DNA of 64,000 nt from Setoptus koraiensis (taxonomy: Eukaryota > Animalia > Arthropoda): positions 3,286,001 to 3,350,000 of the forward strand of contig CM106585.1 in assembly GCA_048013815.1 (NCBI GenBank), written 5' to 3'. The translations under genes were made by a program, and so were the position numbers. The notes below the pieces were generated by a model. That model was not told where the DNA came from and ran no database searches. It saw nothing but the letters and a program-made list of their open reading frames with translations. Numbering within the stretch: position 1 is the first letter of the stretch; each line of letters opens with the position of its first letter. Positions 10,159 through 19,835 of this stretch are shown in pieces.

Positions 10159-12821
10159 ATGGATAAAGATATACCAACAATAAGAAAATTCGGAGGCGAA
10201 GACTTTAGAACATGGAAATATCTCGTTGAGATAATTCTTGAATCGAAGAAATTTTTGGATTGCATAAGAACAGAGATGATTAAACCCGAACCTCCTACAA
10301 ATGAATACGATCAATGGTTAGCTAAGGATACCAGAGCAAGAGCTTTCATAGCTACCTCTCTTGAACCCAATATAATTGAGCATATATACAATTGTAAATC
10401 TGCAAAGGCAGTCTGGGACAGACTGTTGACGATATATGAACAGAGTTCATCTATCAACAGACATGTGCTAGAGGCACAACTTCACAATTATCGAATGGAT
10501 CCGAATGATTCGATCTCCACTCATGTAAGCAAGGTGGAAATGATAGCGAGATCTCTGAAAGACGCTGGTGAAACGAAGAGTGATCAGTCGATTGCATCGA
10601 AGATCATTTTGACTCTTTCTGATGACTACAAACATGTTATATCATCGTGGAATAACTTACCTCAAGATCAGCAGACTACTGCTAATTTACTGCCTAGACT
10701 ACTCGTAGAAGAGTCTCTGAATAAGCAAAGAAAAGACGATGTACAATCAGCAAATGAACAAGCTTTGTCAGCTTCATCATCACGTAACAAATTTACAAAC
10801 AAGACAAGACACAGCGGCTCGAATGGCAAAGATAAAGAGAAAGCCATTGCAGACAAGAAAAAGAACACCCAATGTGGATACTGTAAGGTCAAAGGACACT
10901 GGTGGCGTGAATGTCACAAACGGATGAGAGAAAGAGGCCCCTCAGATGATAACAATAGAGGTGGGCGAAACAACAATGTTGCATTCAGTGCTGAATTGAA
11001 TTGTGCATCGAAAGAAAACAAATCCGAAATCTGGCTAGGCGATTCTGGAGCGTCACAACATATGACCTTCAACAGAAACTGGTTCACGTCGTTCAAGCGA
11101 ATTGATGAGAAATATCCAATCACCATTGGTAACGGCAAAGTACTGTACGCTAAAGGAAGAGGAGATATCCTAATTAAAGCAGCCACAAGTGATCAAGAAT
11201 GGATCAATGGATCGATAAAAGATGTTCTATATGTACCAGAGTTAGAGAAAAATCTCTTTTCCATTGGATCTGCTGCAGACAAAGGATTCACAATAATTTA
11301 CACAGCAGACAGGTGTCTAATTAAGAATGATAGCACAACTGTAGCGATTGGCGACAGACGACAAATAAGTTATATACGATGATGTTTAAAGTTACGTCAC
11401 CAATGAAAGCCAACCCTGCATCGAATGAATCAATCCCACTTTCAATTTGGCATTAGAGGCTTGCTCATGTGAGCACGAACACCATCAAAGATATGTTTAC
11501 CAAGCAAACCGTCGATGGCTTACAATTATCAGATCAAGAAAATGTGTTTTGCGGAAGTTGTGCTGAAGGAAAGCAGCACAAATTATCATTTCAGTCGTCT
11601 CAATCAGTGAAGGCAGAGAAGAGTGGTATCTATATACATAGTGACGTGTGTGGACCGATGTCTGTTCAGTCACCTAGCGGTAGTCGATACTACATCAATT
11701 TCAAAGACGAATTTAGCGGTTATCGACAGGTGTATTTCATGAGAAAGAAGAGTGAGGCTCTTGATAAATTCAAGCAGTTCGAGATTCAGGTATTCAACGA
11801 CACCGGAAACCGCATCCAGCACCTGCTAACTGACAATGGAACTGAGTATGTAAATAAAGACTTCAAGGAATACTTATTACGTAAGAGGATCCAGCATCAC
11901 ACAACAGCTCCATACACGCCACAACAGAATGGAGTTGCTGAGCGTGATAACAGAACAATTGTCGAAGCTGCAAGATCTATGTTATTGCATAGCAAGCTAC
12001 CCAAGTTCCTTTGGGCGGAAGCCGTAAACACAGCTGGATATACACTCAATAGAGTTACGTGCAAGAGAACAGCCAACTCAACTCCTTATGAGAAATGGTT
12101 TGGGACTAAACCATTCATCGGTCATCTGAGAACATTCGGTTGTGAGGCCTATGTTCACATCGAGAAACAGTTCAGAGACAAGTTCGACAGTAAATCGAAG
12201 AGAATGGTGTTCGTTGGCTATACAGAGAAGAGCAACACTTACAGATTCTGGAACGACAACGATAGAAGAGTTACCATCAGCAGAGAAGTGTTGTTCAATG
12301 AGTCCAACACACATTCGAAAGATTATGCAATTAAGAACAAGAATGGTATCGCTATAGAAATTGAAGAAGAATCAGATACAGTAATAGAGGATACAGTCGA
12401 TGATACAATAGAAGACACACCAGATGATCAACATAATCGTGATGTATCAACCGATTACTTTGATGCCATTGATGACCATGCTAACACTGATGCACCTGTA
12501 GCCGAACAGACTAATGAACAACAACAGAGAAGCGAGACACAAAAACGATGGAATAAGTCGTACAGAACTCCATTAGCAAGAGATGCTTATCCATTGAGAA
12601 GTAGATCAAACGATGACGCAACTAGCAGTCACCGTGATGAGTCAGCCATGGTTGCTTATGACAATGAACCTGTCACTTTGAAAGACGCTATAGATGATGC
12701 TAATTATCCTCAGTGGAAGTCTGCGATGGACGAAGAGTTCGATTCGTTGATGTCCAATAAGACTTGGACATTGAAGCCACTACCGGAAGGGCGAAAAGCT
12801 ATCAAGAATAAATATTATTAA
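10159..12821 (+). pseudogene. Disrupted copia gag-pol
   Basis: First ATG at 10159. Frameshift near 11360 (gag-PR frame ends IR*, the other frame reads NKLYTMMFKV), in-frame TAG in IWH*RLAH just before 11469, truncation at 12821. Confidence 0.9.
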
Positions 12822-12921
12822 TTATTATTATTATTATTAATAACCTTAACGATATCACCATTATATTACGGTATCAACACGTACTATCATCATTGTATTA
12901 TCATACAGAAGGAAAACCATA

Positions 12922-13215
12922 ATGGTCCGCCCGAGAAATTCTCCGTTGAACAACAATAACGTCAACCGGGCAAACATCTCGAGTCGAACGTACCCAGTGT
13001 TAAGCATAATTGACCACGAATTCCGCCAAGGGAGAACCTTATATTACCTGGTACAGTGGGCTCCAGCTGGCGAGTACGACGACAGCTGGGAACCCCACTA
13101 TAACTTGCAATGCAAGGATCTTATTATTGCATATTGGGAACAACGCGCCATGGAAGAGTTTGCAGCCAATAACCGGACATCCAATGGCATTATATATAAT
13201 CCCTCCTACTGCTGA
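12922..13215 (+). CDS. Chromodomain-only small protein (97 aa)
   Basis: TYPVLSIIDH...YYLVQW...DDSWEPHYNLQCKDLIIAY fits Y.V..I.....YLV.W......WEP..NL.C..LI. Has its own ATG and stop, with AATAAA near 13333. Confidence 0.85.
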   Translation: MVRPRNSPLNNNNVNRANISSRTYPVLSIIDHEFRQGRTLYYLVQWAPAGEYDDSWEPHYNLQCKDLIIAYWEQRAMEEFAANNRTSNGIIYNPSYC

Positions 13216-13390
13216 ATTCTAACGGAGAAACCCATGGCCAGGAGTCCATTTTTTCAAAGGAGGAAGGTGTCATGCGTAAAAGTAACCTATGTAACCCCTC
13301 CCCCTCTTGCACTATGTATGCTCGTTTAACAATAAATAAAGGACAGTTGGAGTTTAGACTCGGCTGAAATAAGATCAATACGGCTTTACA

Positions 13391-14045
13391 CACGCAGTAT
13401 CATCAAAACGGATAGGTGGGAACATGTTCGAATATCACGATATTCACATGACATCCGTCATCCGAAATTTCTTTTTGTCTCTAAAACGACCAATTGATGG
13501 CTGATCATACTAGCACAGAGTGTTGCGAGCAACATGCACAACACATACACGCAGTATCATCAAAACGGATAGGTGTGAACATGTTCGAATATCACGATAT
13601 TCACATGACATCCGTCATCCGAAATTTCTCTATGTCTCGAAAACGACCAATTGATTTCTGATCATACTAGCACAGAATGTTGCGAGCAACATGCACAACA
13701 CACACACGCAGTATCATCAAAACGGATAGGTGGGAACATGTTCGAATATCACGATATTCACATGACATCCGTCATCCGAAATTTCTCTATGTCTCGAAAA
13801 CGACCAATTGATTTCTGATCATACATGCACAGAATGTAGCGAGCAACATGCACAATACACACACGCAGTATCATCAAAACGGATAGGTGGGAACATGTTC
13901 AGAAATCGATGACTATACATGACATCCGTCATCCGAAATTTCTCTATGTCTCGAAAACGACCAATTGATTTCTGATCATACTTGCACAAAATGTTGCGAG
14001 CAACATGCACAACACACACACGCAGTATTATCAAAACGGATAGGT
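13391..14045. repeat. 157-bp tandem array (4 full copies plus a partial fifth)
   Basis: Unit start cacgcagtat at 13391, 13548, 13705, 13862 and 14019, each exactly 157 bp apart, with high identity. Confidence 0.97.
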
Positions 14046-14082
14046 GAGAACCTATCCGTTTTGATAATAATCCTATCCCTAG
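14026..14082 (+). mobile_element. Perfect 20-bp hairpin followed by CTAG|T; candidate Helitron-type 3' terminus
   Basis: TATTATCAAAACGGATAGGT-gaga-ACCTATCCGTTTTGATAATA (14026-14069), a 9-nt spacer, CTAG at 14079-14082, then T. Confidence 0.5.
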
Positions 14083-14152
14083 TCATCATCACCACCCCAA
14101 TAGCAACTTAATTAAAATTAAGCGCTAAAAAATGTTATAAATCGAATATTCT

Positions 14153-14446
14153 TTATATGTTTCTACTGTAATACAGCATTTTTAATTTGTTCAGTACCAC
14201 TCTTTCTCTAAGATACTGCGTATGTTCCAAAGGCTTGAATTCGTCTTCCTGCCTCTTTATTTCTCCCCTGATTTGGCTCAATTCTCTCAGACATTTTTGT
14301 TGCCTTAATTTTTCTAGACGCGTCAAAACAGGCAGAGGTAGATCGAGTCTCGGCTCTCCTTCAGGTACTGCGGGCAGGGGTGGCAACTCGCTACTTTTGT
14401 TGTAAATTACAACGGCTACAGCCAAGATTAAAATGAGGAAGAACAT
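14153..14446 (-). CDS. Small protein with N-terminal membrane anchor or signal, Pro-rich linker and coiled-coil-like C-terminus (97 aa)
   Basis: MFFLILILAVAVVIY then PPLPAVP...LPLP and a charged helical tail. ATG at 14446, TATA-like AAATATAT about 25 bp upstream on the minus strand. Confidence 0.55.
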   Translation of the reverse strand: MFFLILILAVAVVIYNKSSELPPLPAVPEGEPRLDLPLPVLTRLEKLRQQKCLRELSQIRGEIKRQEDEFKPLEHTQYLRERVVLNKLKMLYYSRNI

Positions 14447-14461
14447 TCTTCAATTGCAATA

Positions 14462-14932
14462 GGTTGGATATATTTAATTCTGGTTGTATCAAATTAAGGT
14501 TGAATTGAATGTTGGTTATAGAAACTGTTAGCGTTTCTGAATGCGGGTTTTGCTGAGTATTTATACTAAATTCAAGTCAGTACAAATAGTCTGAAATGAA
14601 ATAGCTCGCCTGAAGATAACACGCGCGAAACTCGGCAAATAGTCTCTGAGATGGCTCGCGCGCTCACCTGTTTATTGCTATTGTGTGAAGATAACACCTT
14701 CGCGAGATCGTCGCGCGTGTTATCCTCACACAATAGAATGAGCGGGATCGCCATTCTATTTCAGAGACTAATTCCACAGAGACTAGAATCTAGTATATAT
14801 ATATATTAGCACAATCAATACAACCGTCATTCGATACAACCAGCGTTCAATTCAACCAGATTTTAGTACAACCAGCGTTCAATTCAACCAGCGTTCAATT
14901 CAACCAGCTTTTAATACAACCAGCTTTTAATA
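14462..14932. promoter_or_regulatory. Symmetric control region: central 131-bp imperfect palindrome flanked by oppositely oriented 16-bp repeats
   Basis: Palindrome 14640-14770 with core arms 14678-14697 and 14717-14736. Seven 16-bp CAACC-units at 14821-14932; inverted GGTTG-units at 14462, 14482, 14498 and 14514. Confidence 0.7.
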
Positions 14933-14982
14933 TTACAAACATCTACTATAATCAAGATCTAATTCTACAAACTTGATACACG

Positions 14983-16383
14983 ATGGATGACTCAGAACTC
15001 GATGAATCTACAAGTACCGGCTCGGTCGGAACTCCTATTAGGCCAACCAAGAGAAGTTATAAATTTCCCTGGCTCCATGAACACTTCAATATTGGTCCAT
15101 TTAGAGGCTCTGTACGAGATTTCGAATGCGTAGCCTGCGAAAAGAAATTGGTCACTGGTCATCCAGTGGTTGCATTGAATCATCTTCTCGAGTGTGACCG
15201 TACATCTGCCGAAACTGAACTAAAGGTAAATACAGAGTTGTCGAGAGGTGAGCCGAAGCGAAGAAGAGGAGAAACCTCAGACGATTTCAATCTCCGTCAA
15301 TCAAAGCAGCATAAGGCTGAATATTTCTTGAAGAAACTCACAAACATGATCATGGTCACCAATCTGCCTCTGTCTTTTGTGGATGAAAAAGAGGTTAGAG
15401 AATTCTTCACTGAGTTTCTGCCGGAGTATCAACGACCTAACCGATTCCATCTAACAAATTTTCTCATCCCGAAAGAGGTAGCAGAGATAGACCTACAAAT
15501 GAAGATAAAGATAGATACCGCTGATTCGCAATCGATCGGTATCGAGTTCGACTCGTGGGTCGACTTAAATGGTGAATCCTGCTTCGCTTTTATAGCTAAC
15601 ACACGCGAAGGAGAGAAGTTCCTATTGCAAGTCTCTAGAGAGTCAGACGCCCATCACACAGGAGAGTTTATAAGAGGTCTATTAAATGAAGTATTGATAG
15701 AAATAGGAATCAACAAAGTGAATTGCATAGTATCTGATGGAGACGGCGCGTGCACAAAAGCTAGAGGGATGATTGTAGACGAGTATCCGAGTGTATTGCA
15801 CACTCGATGCTTAGCATATCTGGCCAATCTCATAGGAGAGAAGTCTCTGATATTATCTGGGATGGACACAATTATAAAGGATGCCGATCGGTTTATAGCT
15901 TTTGTAAATCGTAACAAAGTTTTGAAAAGTACCATCCAGTCCGAAGGCGCTAGGAGATTGAAGAACACTTGCCCCAGCCGATGGTACTCTACAAACATAA
16001 CCGTCAAAAGTTTGTTCGAAATCTATCAGGACGACGCAGCTATCTATAAAGACTTTGGGGATCTTTTTATGGAGGAATCAACATTTTGGCTTGCGTTGGA
16101 GGAGATGGAAGCCTTATTGGATCCTCTGTGTGACGTTATCGCTATTTGCGAGGCCGATGATCCAAAAGTCTCACAAGCATACTACTCTTTGCTACAATTT
16201 AGAAGGATTTGCTTCGAGAAATCACACGAACCTATGATGGCATGGGGATGCTTCTCCTTCATGTCATACATCAACAAGCTGAACAAAGATCCGATTTATC
16301 TAGCTGCCTACGTGCTTGACCCACGCTATAAGAGAGAGTACATGGGTGTTGTAGCGAATAGCGACCCAGTCAGATTTCGATGA
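14983..16383 (+). mobile_element. hAT-superfamily transposase, C-terminally truncated and probably inactive
   Basis: BED finger W..F...CVAC...HLLEC, first Asp in EFDSW, second Asp in VSDGDG, RCLAYLANL (normally C..H.LNL), SRWYS, YVLDPRY. Stops before the dimerization domain and catalytic Glu. Confidence 0.85.
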
Positions 16384-16707
16384 AACTTTACACATGGAGC
16401 CCGTGGGGCTCCCTGACAACAGTTTGAGTGGTCCGGAAGTGCGGAAACTTCCGGTTCCGGTTTTACAAAAACATTGAGATACAGATTTGAAACTCACTAG
16501 ATAACTGAAACTGTGCATGCGGAATGCGATCATGTCTATTTCAAGTCTGTACGACTTCCGGTTCACGAGATATTTGGTTAAAACTGCTGAGAGGGCGTCG
16601 ACGGGACGAACTATCCGCGCGTGTTATGAAATAAGCAATTGCGGGTAGTGTTATTTTATATATAAGATATGCTCTATTTGTAGCTGGATACAGGAATGAA
16701 TCCATTA

Positions 16708-16762
16708 CTCCCTGTGCGCTCGCCTTAAATAGGCGACGGCGTAGCGTCGAGCGCACAGGGAG
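16708..16762. other. Y/T-shaped three-way hairpin
   Basis: 13-bp stem ctccctgtgcgct/agcgcacagggag enclosing the arms cgcct-taaat-aggcg and cgacg-gcgtag-cgtcg (the arms share one CG). Confidence 0.75.
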
Positions 16763-16932
16763 GAGTTTGTATGGGATATGCCATGTTGTATAACACGCGC
16801 CTGAATGAATTCGTGCGCTTAGAGGCTCATGCAATTTATCACACAAGCTGGCACAGCCTTTTTTCTGTGCCAAAAACATGTCTCCAGTTCGTTCTTTCAC
16901 CTTCATTCCTGTGTGGATTGCAGTCACCTGAG

Positions 16933-17432
16933 NNNNNNNNNNNNNNNNNNNNNNNNNNNNNNNNNNNNNNNNNNNNNNNNNNNNNNNNNNNNNNNNNNNN
17001 NNNNNNNNNNNNNNNNNNNNNNNNNNNNNNNNNNNNNNNNNNNNNNNNNNNNNNNNNNNNNNNNNNNNNNNNNNNNNNNNNNNNNNNNNNNNNNNNNNNN
17101 NNNNNNNNNNNNNNNNNNNNNNNNNNNNNNNNNNNNNNNNNNNNNNNNNNNNNNNNNNNNNNNNNNNNNNNNNNNNNNNNNNNNNNNNNNNNNNNNNNNN
17201 NNNNNNNNNNNNNNNNNNNNNNNNNNNNNNNNNNNNNNNNNNNNNNNNNNNNNNNNNNNNNNNNNNNNNNNNNNNNNNNNNNNNNNNNNNNNNNNNNNNN
17301 NNNNNNNNNNNNNNNNNNNNNNNNNNNNNNNNNNNNNNNNNNNNNNNNNNNNNNNNNNNNNNNNNNNNNNNNNNNNNNNNNNNNNNNNNNNNNNNNNNNN
17401 NNNNNNNNNNNNNNNNNNNNNNNNNNNNNNNN
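16933..17432. other. Assembly gap (500 N)
   Basis: Run of 500 N. Confidence 1.
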
Positions 17433-17555
17433 TTTTCGAATAAATATCAAGATGCGAGACAACATGTAGTGAATTTATGGGTGGCTCACAATTAACGGTA
17501 ATTTATTTCTAAGAGGAGGCACTCTCCAGATATGAGAACAAAAGGTTTGACTACA

Positions 17556-19012
17556 TCACCATAAGCCGGACTCATCATCCGAACTATCGTTGCCGTCCCG
17601 GAAACTCCAATCGTCATAGAGCCAGTTTTCATCGGAGCCACCCTCTAAAATGTTCCATAATATATAGTTGTGCACTGCAGATACAGTCCCATTAGCGCTA
17701 ATCTTTCTCCGAGGTCTAGGTGCATCCATCTCAGCAACACGGCCATCCGGATAAGTGTGTTTGTAGAAGCATGAAGCAGCGAAAGGACACTGCCCTCGGC
17801 CTTGATCAAAGTATTTACATGGCTTCTGACTGTGTTGTGGGAAAATTAGAACGGGAATGAGTTAGCGTTTAGATAGTGATAGATGAAATATCGTTTCGTA
17901 GCGTCATTATTTGTAACAAACCTTAGATTCTCTTTGTAAACTGAGATCAATTTGCCTTTGTCTTCGTTATCCTCTATCCAGTATTTACTGGGTACAACGT
18001 AATCACTACATATACGACATTCTGGACAAGCTCTTATTGTTTTTGACTCGAAACTTTTTGTGCCACGCCATGTACGAATGCAGTCAAGACAGAAAATATG
18101 GGCACATTTTTCCAATATTCCAAATCTTCTCGCAGTTATTGGTTCTTTATCCATGACCTTCTCCATACATATACCACAAATCTTATCTATACTACGTTGG
18201 ATATTGAAGCTCTCTTCCATATCTTCCTCATGATGCTTGATGCAGTCCTACATAGGAGGTCAGATGAAGTACAATAGTTAATTAGTTTTTGCTTTTAGAA
18301 ATATATGTGATATTTCATTTGTGATATAAAAATTTTACTCACTTCACGATGCTGCCTCTGCTGGTCTTCATTATATGGGTGCAAGCAGTGTCGTTCGCAT
18401 AGATCACATAGTAGGCCATGTAGATATGCACACTGGCCCTCAGGATTGGGGCATTCGCCTTCAATAGCGTATTCGCATATTGGCAAATTTTTTAGGGGAG
18501 TCTCTTCGAGGGGTTTGTTGCCACGGCATACCCGTGCATATGATTTTGATGGATTATTACACGGTTTTTCGGAAGACGTCGATTCTTGGAGTGGGAGCTC
18601 CGGAGGTTCATGATGTAAGAATCTGTATAGTAATAATAAAATCATTGTTATATCTTTTTATCATGTAATGTTTGAATCAACTCCTTAAGCATGTTTCCCA
18701 TGTAACTTACTTGCACGCGTTCCCGTATAAACATTGATTAGCTAGGAAGAAGAAACAGTATGTATCCGGTATTTTGATTGAGCTGTGAGATTCATGTGAA
18801 AATTTGCATCTACCCGTGTCCGCCTCACGACAGAAGCCTTTCCTCAGAAATCTAATTTGAAACATAACAGGGGAGAAGTAAGAAATAATTAATGCATTGT
18901 ACTAGTTGAATGTACATATTATCGAGAGAGTTTCCATTGTTGAATATACTAACGGGCAGAAGAATTTAACGGTATCAATCTTGTTTTGGCTAAGCGGATG
19001 CAGCGTTTCCAT
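17556..19012 (-). CDS. MKRN: Makorin (CCCH zinc finger + RING E3 ligase), 5 exons, 359 aa: complement(join(17556..17829,17922..18247,18343..18622,18711..18851,18954..19012))
   Basis: Three CCCH fingers, Cys-His motif [23 protein letters not shown]...[14 protein letters not shown]...CPECR, C-terminal [22 protein letters not shown]. Four GT-AG introns of 88-102 nt preserve frame (1080 nt total). Confidence 0.93.
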
Positions 19013-19835
19013 TTGCCTGTTGTCCTGTAGGTAACCTATCTATGAACGTTCGGAATGCTCGACTGTTTGTGTTACTCTGATTTGTAATTACATTAATCAA
19101 TAGTGATATTACACATGAACGTATATTTATATATTTATTGATGATATATTAATGACGATGATATCCAGAAGCCAGAGAAAACACCCAATAGATATTGTAT
19201 AGCAGTGATGTAATAGTGAGATTGTGATAGTTGGGCCCAATAATGTAAGAGCGTTTTATTGTGAGTATTAGTATTATGATAATAATGATAATAATATTAA
19301 TAATAATAACAGCAATAATAATACTAATAATTTTATAATTCTATGTTTTATTTTTATTTTTTCCTATTTGTCTCTTTGTCAATCTGAGTCACAATCATAA
19401 CAAGCTGACTTGTTTTGTCTAGCTGTGAAAGCGATGAGGCGCGCAATTTAAACTGTTTTCAAGATCGTCTCGACGATTTCTGTGTCACTCCCGATAAAAA
19501 TATCGATCTGTGTTCTTTTGAGAAAATTTTTAAGAGAATTTGTTTTATTTTTTGAAACTTATATGGTGGAAACTTATATGAAATCGATATCTTCTAGATT
19601 GCAACATCGAGAGTTATGAACAGAAAGGAAGCAGGGTCCGAAAGAATTGCAAAAAGTATTGATTGGCCGAAGTCGGTATAGTTTGCCTGACACGGGTTAG
19701 TCTATGAGGCATCGAATATCCATTGAAATTACTCCGGTCGTCGCTTCATGAGTTGATAGGTGTCAATTCCCTTTGGAGCGATCCCTCAAAAGATAGCCTT
19801 AGTGATAATAGCTTACCTCTCATGATATTATATAA

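Larger units (their letters stand above)
9812..12821 (+). mobile_element. Ty1/copia LTR retrotransposon, 3'-truncated (5' LTR, PBS, gag, PR, IN, first residues of RT)
   Basis: LTR 9812-10050 (TGTT...AACA, AATAAA), PBS 10051-10064, CCHC knuckle CGYCKVKGHWWREC, protease WLGDSGASQH, integrase HSDVCGP/TDNGTEY/QQNGVAER. Stops at WTLKPLPEGRKAIKNK, where copia RT begins. Confidence 0.95.

Noticed and set aside
13391-14045. CRISPR-like array
   Set aside because: The units are contiguous near-identical 157-mers with no unique spacers, there are no cas genes, and the context is eukaryotic.
14783-14794. CTAG sites after the 131-bp palindrome as a second Helitron end
   Set aside because: Spacing (12-19 nt) and hairpin size are atypical, and the iteron-like repeats continue beyond it. 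Cannot be supported without other copies.
16396-16412. GC-rich 17-nt palindrome as a Helitron 3' hairpin
   Set aside because: No CTRR about 10 nt downstream on either strand.
16541-17469. ORFs 16541-16927, 16771-17469, 16829-17443 and 16839-17465
   Set aside because: Three are open only because of the N run. The fourth overlaps the hairpin- and motif-rich block and has no recognisable homology.
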